From the NCBI GenBank assembly GCA_017935265.1, contig JAGBHX010000062.1, forward strand, positions 306 to 64,305: 64,000 nt of DNA, given 5' to 3'. Under the pieces are notes generated by a model that saw nothing but the letters and a program-made list of their open reading frames with translations, ran no database searches and was not told the origin of the DNA. Positions 19,628-27,848 of this stretch are shown one piece after another. A program made the position numbers and the translations under genes. Source of the DNA: Clostridia bacterium (GTDB lineage Bacteria; Bacillota; Clostridia; Oscillospirales; Acutalibacteraceae). The number at the start of each line of letters is the position of its first letter. The first letter of the stretch is position 1.

Positions 19628-20947
19628 ATGAACGGTCTGTACAACAAAATTGTAAACAGAGAAGAAAAGATTTCTCTTGTGGGTCTCGGCTATGTAGGTA
19701 TGCCTATTGCTGTTGCTTTTTCAAAAAAGGCTGACGTTATCGGCTTTGACCTCAACGAAAAAAAGATTGAGCTTTATAAGCAGGGTAAGGACCCTACCTG
19801 CGAGGTCGGTGATGAAGCTATTGCCGCCTGTACGGTGGATTTTACCGCAGACCCGGCAAGGCTCAGAGAGGCAAAGTTCCACATTGTGGCAGTGCCTACT
19901 CCCGTTAACAAAGACCACACTCCCGACCTTACTCCTGTTGAGGGAGCAAGCAGAATTTTGGGTCAGAACCTCACAAAGGGTAGCGTGGTTGTGTTTGAGT
20001 CAACTGTTTATCCCGGTGTAACTGAAGAAATTTGTGTACCCATTCTTGAAAAAGAGTCAGGACTCAAATGCGGTGTTGATTTCAAAATCGGCTATTCTCC
20101 CGAAAGAATCAACCCCGGTGACAAGGTTCACCGACTTGAGACCATTGTTAAAATCGTTTCAGGCATGGATGATGAGACCCTCGAAACTGTTGCCAAGGTG
20201 TATGAATTGGTTGTTGAAGCAGGTGTTCACAGGGCAGAGTCAATCAAGGTTGCCGAAGCTGCAAAGGTTATTGAAAACAGCCAGCGCGATGTGAATATTG
20301 CTTTTATGAATGAGCTCTCAATCATCTTTAACAAAATGGGTATTGATACAAAAGCTGTGCTTGAAGCCGCAGGAACAAAGTGGAACTTCCTCAAGTTCTT
20401 CCCCGGTCTTGTGGGCGGCCACTGTATTGGCGTTGACCCCTATTACCTTACCTACAAGGCTGAACAGCTGGGTTATCACAGTCAGGTGATTCTTTCCGGC
20501 CGTCGTATAAATGATGATATGGGCAAATATGTTGCTGAAAACACCGTTAAAAACCTCATTAAAGCAGGTGCAAATGTGTCTGATGCAAGAGTTGGTATTC
20601 TCGGCTTCACCTTCAAAGAAAATTGCCCCGATACCCGCAACACAAGAGTTATTGATATTTACAACGAGCTTCTTGAATACGGAATCACTCCTGTTGTTGC
20701 AGACCCTGTTGCCGATAGTGATGAGGCTATGCACGAATACGGTATCGGCTTTGTCGATATGAGTGAAATCCGCGATATGGATGCAATTATCATTGCTGTT
20801 GCACATTCTGAATTCGGCGGTATTAACATTGAAAAGCTTGACGGAATGTTCGCTCCCGATTGCAACAAAAAAGTGCTTGTGGACGTCAAGGGCGTGCTTA
20901 ACAGAAAAGATTTTGCTGACACAGATTATATTTATTGGAGATTATAA
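19628..20947 (+). CDS. Nucleotide-sugar dehydrogenase (UDP-GlcNAc/UDP-ManNAc 6-dehydrogenase, TviB/WbpA-like)
   Basis: N-terminal Rossmann GLGYVGMP, catalytic-Cys region GGHCIG, size about 440 aa; a TviC-like epimerase lies nearby. Confidence 0.8.
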   Translation: MNGLYNKIVNREEKISLVGLGYVGMPIAVAFSKKADVIGFDLNEKKIELYKQGKDPTCEVGDEAIAACTVDFTADPARLREAKFHIVAVPTPVNKDHTPDLTPVEGASRILGQNLTKGSVVVFESTVYPGVTEEICVPILEKESGLKCGVDFKIGYSPERINPGDKVHRLETIVKIVSGMDDETLETVAKVYELVVEAGVHRAESIKVAEAAKVIENSQRDVNIAFMNELSIIFNKMGIDTKAVLEAAGTKWNFLKFFPGLVGGHCIGVDPYYLTYKAEQLGYHSQVILSGRRINDDMGKYVAENTVKNLIKAGANVSDARVGILGFTFKENCPDTRNTRVIDIYNELLEYGITPVVADPVADSDEAMHEYGIGFVDMSEIRDMDAIIIAVAHSEFGGINIEKLDGMFAPDCNKKVLVDVKGVLNRKDFADTDYIYWRL

Positions 20948-20953
20948 TTTCAA

Positions 20954-21574
20954 ATGAGCTATTGTGTTTATCCGCAACTGTTTTTTATTGTGGCGGCAAG
21001 CATTGTGTATATTTGTCTCTGCCTCAGGTCGAGGGCGAAAAACGAACCCCGAAAATTTGCAAACACCTGCGGATTGCTGTTGGTCGTTTACACCACTGTG
21101 CTGTTGTATCTTGCACTGATGGGGCGAACAACTGAAATCCGAAGCTTTTTAAACGTGCCCTTCTGGTCATACAATGCGGTGTTAACGGAATATAACACCT
21201 TTGACATTTTGTCGCTGATTTTTGAAAACATTCTGGTGTTCATTCCGTTGGGAATACTTTTTCCCGAAGCGCTTAACCTAAGGGGAAAACGGTCGGCAAT
21301 TCCGTTGACAGTTGGTGCAGGGGCTTTTCTGAGCTTTGTGATTGAACTGGGTCAGTATACTTATGCAATCGGCTGCACCGAGTTTGATGACTTTTTCAAC
21401 AACACTCTCGGTTGCGCCGTTGGTTGCGGAATTTTCTGCTTTGCAGGAAAAATCAGCTCAGACGAAAACGGGCTGCGCATTGAAAAAGGTGCGCTCAGAT
21501 GCCTTTTGCCAGCAGCTTTAACAGCTTGCGGAGCACTTATGATTATTTTATACAGAGAAATTATTCTTTACTGA
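20954..21574 (+). CDS. VanZ family membrane protein
   Basis: Hydrophobic about 200-aa protein with VanZ-like FIPLGILFP and F..DDFF.NTLGCAVG motifs. Confidence 0.7.
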   Translation: MSYCVYPQLFFIVAASIVYICLCLRSRAKNEPRKFANTCGLLLVVYTTVLLYLALMGRTTEIRSFLNVPFWSYNAVLTEYNTFDILSLIFENILVFIPLGILFPEALNLRGKRSAIPLTVGAGAFLSFVIELGQYTYAIGCTEFDDFFNNTLGCAVGCGIFCFAGKISSDENGLRIEKGALRCLLPAALTACGALMIILYREIILY

Positions 21575-21616
21575 AAATCAAGGTCGGTTATCCGACCTTT
21601 TTAAATGGAGGAAATT

Positions 21617-22591
21617 ATGGGCTATCAGAATATTACTTTTCCCGAAAACAGCGTTTTTCTTGTAACGGGAGGTGCAGGCTTCATCGGTTCAAACCTTTGT
21701 GAAGCTATTTTGAAAAAGGGTTATAAGGTACGTTGTCTTGATGACCTCTCAACTGGCAAATATAAAAATGTTGAGCTTTTTCTTGATAACCCTGACTACA
21801 CCTTCATTAAGGGTGACATCAAGGATTATGACACCTGCCTCAAAGCTACCGAGGGTGTAGATTATGTGCTTAATCAGGCGGCTTGGGGAAGTGTGCCCCG
21901 CAGTATTGAAATGCCTCTTTTCTATGAAAAAAACAACATTATGGGCACGCTTAATATGATGGAGGCCTCAAGACAAAACGGAGTTAAAAAGTTTGTTTAT
22001 GCCAGCTCCTCTTCCGTTTACGGCGACGAGCCGAATCTCCCCAAAAAAGAGGGCAGAGAGGGCAGACTCCTTTCTCCTTACGCATTAACAAAGGCGGTTG
22101 ATGAGCTTTACGGCAGAATTTATTCTGATCTCTACGGCCTTGATACCTATGGTCTTCGTTATTTCAATGTATTCGGTCGCCGTCAGGACCCCGAGGGAGC
22201 GTATGCGGCAGTTATTCCGAAATTTATCCGCCAGCTTATGATCGGCGAAGTTCCCACAATTAACGGTGACGGCAAACAGAGCCGTGATTTCACATATATT
22301 GAAAATGTAATTGAAGCTAATCTCAAGGCCTGCCTTGCACCTCACGAGTGTGCAGGCGAAGCGTTTAATATCGCTTACGGCGGAAGAGAATATCTTATTG
22401 ATATTTATTATGCGCTTACCGCTGCTTTGGGCAAGGATGTTGAACCTAATTTCGGACCGGACAGAAAGGGTGACATCAAGCACAGCAATGCTGATATTTC
22501 AAAAGCAAAAGAAATGCTTGGCTATGATCCCGATTATAACTTTGAGCGCGGCCTTAACGAGGCTATTGAATGGTATAAGGAAAATCTTTGA
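21617..22591 (+). CDS. NAD-dependent nucleotide-sugar 4-epimerase (TviC/WbpP-like, SDR-extended)
   Basis: VTGGAGFIGSNL glycine motif, catalytic SPYALTK (YxxxK). ATG 21617 follows GGAGG. Confidence 0.85.
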   Translation: MGYQNITFPENSVFLVTGGAGFIGSNLCEAILKKGYKVRCLDDLSTGKYKNVELFLDNPDYTFIKGDIKDYDTCLKATEGVDYVLNQAAWGSVPRSIEMPLFYEKNNIMGTLNMMEASRQNGVKKFVYASSSSVYGDEPNLPKKEGREGRLLSPYALTKAVDELYGRIYSDLYGLDTYGLRYFNVFGRRQDPEGAYAAVIPKFIRQLMIGEVPTINGDGKQSRDFTYIENVIEANLKACLAPHECAGEAFNIAYGGREYLIDIYYALTAALGKDVEPNFGPDRKGDIKHSNADISKAKEMLGYDPDYNFERGLNEAIEWYKENL

Positions 22592-22603
22592 TGAGGTGAA
22601 GCT

Positions 22604-23947
22604 ATGGAACGGGATTTAACTCGCGGAAAGCCGATGTCATTGATTCTGCGGTTTTGTCTGCCCTTGTTTGCGGGCAACCTGTTTCAGCAGTTGTATAACC
22701 TGGTTGACACAATTATCGTAGGTCAGTTTGTGGGCAAAACCGCACTTTCTGCCGTAGGCTCGGTAGGGTCTCTGAGTTTTATGGTTATCGGTACGATTAT
22801 CGGTCTTTGTTCGGGGTTTGCAATCCCTGTGGCTCAGGCTTTCGGTGCGGAAGACAGACCTAAAATGCGCCGCATTATGGCTCATATCACTTATCTTGCG
22901 GTGGGACTCGGGGCTGTTATTTCGGTTGTAACTGTGATGTGTACGGACCTGTTCCTTCAGGCAATGAATACGCCTGAGGACATTTATAAAGATGCCCACG
23001 ATTATATAATTATTATTTTTGCAGGTATTCCCGCAACCTTGCTTTATAACATAACCGCCGGAGTGGTACGCTCCGTTGGTGACAGCAAAACACCGCTTTA
23101 TTTTTTGGTTTTGTCGTCATTGCTTAATATTGCTCTTGATTTGATTTTTGTGCTCAAGCTCAACATGGGTGTCAGCGGTGTCGCAACTGCAACGGTGATC
23201 TCTCAGGCGGTTTCGGGCTTTCTCTGCTTGCTTGTAATTAAAAAGAAGTTCAAGCTGTTGCATTTTTCAAGGGAAGATATGCCGTTTGATTTTAAAATCT
23301 GCAAAAAGCTTCTCACTATCGGCATCCCTATGGCACTGCAGTTTTCAATCACTGCGGTAGGAACGATTATGGTGCAGTCCTGCGTAAACATTCTCGGCTC
23401 TGATATTATCACAGCGGTAACCGTCGGCTCCAAGGTGGTTAATCTTATCGGCGTACCGTCGGAAACAATCGGCATCACAATGGCAACCTATTGCGGTCAG
23501 AATCTGGGAGCAGGCAAAATTGACAGAATACGCAAGGGTATCAGATGTGCCGTTTTGCTGGGTGCGCTTTATTCTTTTATTGCGTTCTTTATTTCAAAAT
23601 ACGGCGGCCCGTACGCTTCGCTGATGTTCCTTGATAAAAGTGAAACAGAGATACTCTCCACCGTGGCGGAATATTTCGGCATTTGCGCCTGGTATTATAT
23701 TGCACTGAGTCTGATTTTTATTTTCAGAAATGCGTTGCAGGGTATGGGCTACAGCTTGATTGCAATGAGCGGCGGAATTTTTGAGCTGGTTGCAAGAGCA
23801 ATTGTGGCTTACGGCTTTATAACAAAATTCGGTTTTATTGCCGCTTGCTATTCAAACCCCGTTGCGTGGATTGCGGCAGACATACTTCTGCTTCCTGCGT
23901 ATTTTTACATAATGAATAAATTAAAGAAAAAACAGCAGCTATCTTAA
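22604..23947 (+). CDS. MATE family efflux transporter
   Basis: 12-TM profile, N-terminal G.P...IL.F..P...GNL.QQLYN..D motif. Confidence 0.85.
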   Translation: MERDLTRGKPMSLILRFCLPLFAGNLFQQLYNLVDTIIVGQFVGKTALSAVGSVGSLSFMVIGTIIGLCSGFAIPVAQAFGAEDRPKMRRIMAHITYLAVGLGAVISVVTVMCTDLFLQAMNTPEDIYKDAHDYIIIIFAGIPATLLYNITAGVVRSVGDSKTPLYFLVLSSLLNIALDLIFVLKLNMGVSGVATATVISQAVSGFLCLLVIKKKFKLLHFSREDMPFDFKICKKLLTIGIPMALQFSITAVGTIMVQSCVNILGSDIITAVTVGSKVVNLIGVPSETIGITMATYCGQNLGAGKIDRIRKGIRCAVLLGALYSFIAFFISKYGGPYASLMFLDKSETEILSTVAEYFGICAWYYIALSLIFIFRNALQGMGYSLIAMSGGIFELVARAIVAYGFITKFGFIAACYSNPVAWIAADILLLPAYFYIMNKLKKKQQLS

Positions 23948-23960
23948 GCGATAGCTGCTG
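23932..23960. terminator. Bidirectional terminator hairpin between convergent genes
   Basis: CAGCAGCTATC-TTAAGC-GATAGCTGCTG, overlapping the MATE stop codon. Confidence 0.7.
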
Positions 23961-23965
23961 AAATT

Positions 23966-25387
23966 TTATTTGTTCATAATGTATTCGTCAATTGAATTTG
24001 CGGCAATTTTGCCTGCACCCATTGCCGAAATAACAGTTGCGGCGCCCGTTACGGCATCACCGCCTGCGTAAACGCCTTCTTTGGTGGTAGCGCCTGTTGC
24101 TTCCTCAACAATTATGCCGCCGCGTTGGTTAACATCAAGACCCTCGGTGGTGGATTTGATGAGAGGGTTGGGGGAAGTACCGATTGAAATGATAACCGTG
24201 TCAACGTCAAGGGTAAACTCACTGCCCTCAATTGCCTGAGGTCTGCGGCGACCCTTTTCGTCGGGCTCGCCAAGCTCCATTTTAACACATTTGATGCCTG
24301 TGACGTAGCCGTTTTTCGGGTCACGCTTGTTGTCAGGGTTGTTATATCCGAGAATCTCAACAGGATTGTTGAGAAGCCTGAAATCAACGCCTTCTTCAAT
24401 AGCGTGTTCAACCTCTTCCTTTCTTGCGGGGAGCTCCTCCATCGAACGGCGGTAAACAACATAAACGTTTTCTGCGCCGAGGCGAAGTGCTGTTCTTGCG
24501 GCATCCATAGCCACATTGCCGCCACCTACAACTGCCACGTTACCACCCTTCATAATCGGGGTAACGGGGGAGTCCTTATAAGCCTTCATAAGATTTGAAC
24601 GGGTAAGAAATTCGTTTGCTGAATAAACACCCTTGTACGATTCGCCGGGGATTCCCATAAAGTTGGGAAGTCCTGCCCCTGTGCCGATAAACACAGCCTC
24701 GTAACCGTCTTCAATCAGCTCGTCAACGGTGAGAGTTTTGCCGATGATGATATTGGTTTCAAAGTCAACACCCATTGCACGGAGATTATCGACCTCTTTT
24801 TTAACAATAGCCTTGGGTAAGCGGAACTCGGGAATACCGTAAACAAGAACACCGCCGGGGGTGTGGAGCGCTTCAAAAACCGTAACCTTGTATCCCTTTT
24901 TGGCGAGGTCACCTGCGCAGGTGAGGCTTGAAGGGCCTGAACCAACAACTGCAACCTTGTGGCCGTTTGGTTCGGCTGTGGGGGGAGTCTGGTCAGAGTG
25001 AGCGTTGTGCCAGTCGGCAACAAAGCGTTCAAGTCTGCCGATGCCTACGGGCTCGCCCTTAACTCCTCTTACACACTTTGCTTCACACTGATGCTCCTGA
25101 GGGCAAACACGGCCGCAAACTGCGGGAAGAGAAGAAGTGCGGTGAATGATTTCATATGCACCCTCAAAGTCACCCTCTTTGATTTTTGCAATAAATTCGG
25201 GAATATGAATGTTAACGGGACAGCCCGTTACACAAAGGGGTTTTTTACAGTTGAGGCAGCGAAGTGCCTCGTCAATGGCTGTTGCTTCGTCGTAACCCAA
25301 ATCAACCTCAAAAAAGTTTGTTGCCCTTACCTTGGGGTCCTGTGAGGGCATAGGATTTTTGGTCATTTTCATATTGTTCTGAGGCAT
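23966..25387 (-). CDS. nfnB: NADPH-dependent glutamate-synthase-small-subunit-like oxidoreductase (NfnB-type)
   Basis: Two Fe-S Cys clusters (CLNCKKPLCVTGCP; C..VCPQEHQCEAKC). FAD/NAD Rossmann motifs VAVVGSGPS and VAVVGGGNVAMD. ATG 25387 lies 1 nt after the nfnA stop. Confidence 0.75.
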   Translation of the reverse strand: MPQNNMKMTKNPMPSQDPKVRATNFFEVDLGYDEATAIDEALRCLNCKKPLCVTGCPVNIHIPEFIAKIKEGDFEGAYEIIHRTSSLPAVCGRVCPQEHQCEAKCVRGVKGEPVGIGRLERFVADWHNAHSDQTPPTAEPNGHKVAVVGSGPSSLTCAGDLAKKGYKVTVFEALHTPGGVLVYGIPEFRLPKAIVKKEVDNLRAMGVDFETNIIIGKTLTVDELIEDGYEAVFIGTGAGLPNFMGIPGESYKGVYSANEFLTRSNLMKAYKDSPVTPIMKGGNVAVVGGGNVAMDAARTALRLGAENVYVVYRRSMEELPARKEEVEHAIEEGVDFRLLNNPVEILGYNNPDNKRDPKNGYVTGIKCVKMELGEPDEKGRRRPQAIEGSEFTLDVDTVIISIGTSPNPLIKSTTEGLDVNQRGGIIVEEATGATTKEGVYAGGDAVTGAATVISAMGAGKIAANSIDEYIMNK

Positions 25388-25388
25388 T

Positions 25389-26243
25389 TTATTCAGCCTC
25401 CTTTTTAAAAAGATTGCAGGCATCTTCATAAGCGTGACGCTCAAAGTCGGCATACATTGTGCTTCTCATCATCACTTCTTCAAAGTCAACCTCATAGCCG
25501 TTGAAGTCGGGGCCGTCAACACAGGCAAATTTTGTCACTTTTTTGCCGTTCTGATTAAGTGTGAGTCGGCAACCGCCGCACATTCCCGTGCCGTCAATCA
25601 TAATTGGGTTCATTGAAACGGTGCAGGGGATACCTGTGGGTCTTGTGGCTTCAACCACAAATTTCATCATAATCATAGGCCCGATGGTGATAACCTCATC
25701 AAAGGTTTCGCCACGGTCAAAAAGCTCGTTGAGGGGCTGGCACACATTGCCCTGTCTGCCGTATGAGCCGTCGTCCGTCATAACAAACAGCTCTTTTGAA
25801 ACGGCGCGGAATTCATCCTCAAGAATAAGCAGGTCCGATGAACGGAAGCCGATGATTGAAGTGACCTTACAGCCTCTTTTGTGAAGCTCCTTGGCAATGG
25901 GCAAAGCAATGGCGCAGCCCACACCGCCGCCGATGATGCACACCTTTTTAAGCCCGTCAATTTTGGTGGGGAGACCGAGAGGGCCTGCAAAATCCTCAAT
26001 ATATTCGCCTTCATTTTTTTGGCTTAATTTTAACGTTGTAGCACCTACGGCTCTGAAAATAATGGTGATGATGCCCTTTTCTCTGTCAAAGTCAGAAATC
26101 GTCAGAGGAATTCTCTCTCCGTCTTCGTCAACACGGAGAATAACAAACTGACCGGGCTGAGCCTTTCTTGCTACGAAAGGGGCTTCAATCTCCATAAGCA
26201 CAACGCTTGTGTTGAGAACCTCTTTCCTTACTATTTTATACAT
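25389..26243 (-). CDS. nfnA: Sulfide/dihydroorotate-dehydrogenase-like FAD/NAD-binding subunit (NfnA-type ferredoxin-NADP reductase subunit)
   Basis: 284 aa, FNR-like fold (RIPLTISD, GGGVGCA), C-terminal 2Fe-2S-type Cys motif GTGMCGGCR; paired with the gltD-like gene. Confidence 0.75.
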   Translation of the reverse strand: MYKIVRKEVLNTSVVLMEIEAPFVARKAQPGQFVILRVDEDGERIPLTISDFDREKGIITIIFRAVGATTLKLSQKNEGEYIEDFAGPLGLPTKIDGLKKVCIIGGGVGCAIALPIAKELHKRGCKVTSIIGFRSSDLLILEDEFRAVSKELFVMTDDGSYGRQGNVCQPLNELFDRGETFDEVITIGPMIMMKFVVEATRPTGIPCTVSMNPIMIDGTGMCGGCRLTLNQNGKKVTKFACVDGPDFNGYEVDFEEVMMRSTMYADFERHAYEDACNLFKKEAE

Positions 26244-26456
26244 ATTTCTCGCCTCTTTAAAAAGAAGAATTACACAATATTATACCGCGTTTAGGGTGAG
26301 TTTTCATATACTCAAAATAAATAATGTTTATGCTCATAAAAGACCATTTTTGTAACAATATACAAAACAACGCATATTTATTTGTATTTATTCCCAAAAC
26401 GAACTACTTGTCAGCCTAACATATAAAAAGGCGTATGTCAATGAACTTTTTTCACC

Positions 26457-26485
26457 TTGACAACAAGAAGTCAGTGTGATATAAT
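26457..26485 (+). promoter_or_regulatory. Sigma-A-type promoter of the pheST T-box leader
   Basis: TTGACA - 17 nt - TATAAT. Confidence 0.75.
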
Positions 26486-26491
26486 ACAACA

Positions 26492-26772
26492 AATTTAATC
26501 AAAGGCTGTGAAAAGAAGCAGTAGCAGGGTTTCCCCTTAAAGAAAGTTGCCGGTTGATGAGAGGCGCAAGGAAGGAGCTTTGTGAATTCGTCTTGGAGCC
26601 GCGCACTGAACGGGCAACCCAGTAGGCTGCGACGGAGGCACACCGTAACGAGTGCAGGAGTATCGCTTCGGCCGTACTTCATAAGGCCGTTGATGTGAGT
26701 CAGCGGTGAATAAAGGTGGTAACACGGGCTCAGCTCGTCCTTTTGGCAACAATAGGACGAGCTTTTTGTTTT
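26492..26772 (+). ncRNA. T-box riboswitch leader (Phe-specific candidate) with terminator/antiterminator
   Basis: Conserved T-box sequence AAAGGTGGTAACACGGG at 26711-26727. Terminator CTCGTCCT...AGGACGAG plus T-run at 26733-26772. Candidate UUC specifier at 26587-26589. Located directly upstream of pheS. Confidence 0.85.
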
Positions 26773-26810
26773 ATTTTGTCAATTATTCAATTTATATAAG
26801 GAGTGTAAAA

Positions 26811-27833
26811 ATGGAAAATCGAATCAGCGAATTAAAAGCTCAGATTGAATCCGAGGCAGCCGCAATAGCAAGCCTTGATGAGCTTAAAGAAGTAAGATTC
26901 AAATACCTGAGCAAAAACGGTGCAATTTCTGCTCTTATGAAGCAGTTGGGCTCTCTTTCAAAAGAAGAACGCCCCGCCGCAGGTAAAATCATCAACGAAT
27001 TCAAGGTATGGGCAACAGAGCTTTTTGATGAAAGCGAAAAAGACCTTGCAGGCAAGGCTCTTCTCAAAAGATATGAGGACGAAGCCATTGACGTTACAAT
27101 GCCCTCAAAAAAGCGCAAGGCAGGCCATCTTCACCCTGTAACCCTTGTTCGCAACGAGCTTATTGATGCTTTCACCGGCATGGGCTTCACAATTTTTGAA
27201 GGCCCTGAAATTGACGACGACTTCCACAATTTCACCGCCCTCAACGTTTCTAAAGACCACCCTGCAAGAGATAAGCAGGACACATTTTACATTAACGATG
27301 ACCTTCTTTTGAGAACACACACCTCAACAGGTCAGATCCGTGCCCTTGAAACAATGGAGCCTCCCTTCAAAATCATCTCTCCCGGCAGAGTTTTCCGCTG
27401 TGACGATGACGGAACTCACGCTCCCATGTTCCACCAGATGGAAGGTCTTGTTATTGACAAAAACCTTTCACTCTGCGACCTCCAGGGTCTTCTTGATACT
27501 CTTGCCAAAACTGTTTTTGACAAGGATACAAAAACACGCTTCCGTCCCTCGTTCTTCCCGTTTACTGAGCCCAGCGTTGAGGTTGACGTAACCTGCTGTG
27601 AATGTCACGGCGCAGGCTGCAGCCTTTGCAAGGGAACAGGCTGGATTGAAATTCTCGGCGGCGGCGTTGTTAACCGCAAGGTTATTGAAAACTGCGGTCT
27701 TGACGCAGATGTTTATTCAGGTCTTGCGTTCGGTACAGGTCTTGACCGAATTGCAATGCTCAAATACGGTGTAAACAATATTCACCTTCTTTATGACGGT
27801 GATGTAAGAATTTCCGACCAGTTCAGAAAGTGA
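26811..27833 (+). CDS. pheS: Phenylalanine--tRNA ligase alpha subunit
   Basis: Start at MENRISELKAQIE after RBS AAGGAG; class II aaRS motifs (FRCDDDGTHAPMFHQMEG, GLAFGTGLDR). Confidence 0.95.
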   Translation: MENRISELKAQIESEAAAIASLDELKEVRFKYLSKNGAISALMKQLGSLSKEERPAAGKIINEFKVWATELFDESEKDLAGKALLKRYEDEAIDVTMPSKKRKAGHLHPVTLVRNELIDAFTGMGFTIFEGPEIDDDFHNFTALNVSKDHPARDKQDTFYINDDLLLRTHTSTGQIRALETMEPPFKIISPGRVFRCDDDGTHAPMFHQMEGLVIDKNLSLCDLQGLLDTLAKTVFDKDTKTRFRPSFFPFTEPSVEVDVTCCECHGAGCSLCKGTGWIEILGGGVVNRKVIENCGLDADVYSGLAFGTGLDRIAMLKYGVNNIHLLYDGDVRISDQFRK

Positions 27834-27848
27834 GAGAGGTGATTTATA

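Noticed and set aside
23966-26243. Possibility that the gltD-like/FNR-like pair is part of a glutamate synthase locus.
   Set aside because: No large GltB subunit is adjacent. The two-gene arrangement (about 283 aa FNR-like plus about 473 aa GltD-like with two Fe-S motifs) fits NfnAB-type transhydrogenases. This is ordinary core metabolism and not a finding.
26452-26752. Two minus-strand ORFs (76 and 71 aa), and the 5' extension of the pheS ORF from 26706.
   Set aside because: The region is the T-box leader (conserved T-box sequence, terminator, promoter). pheS starts at ATG 26811 behind its own RBS.
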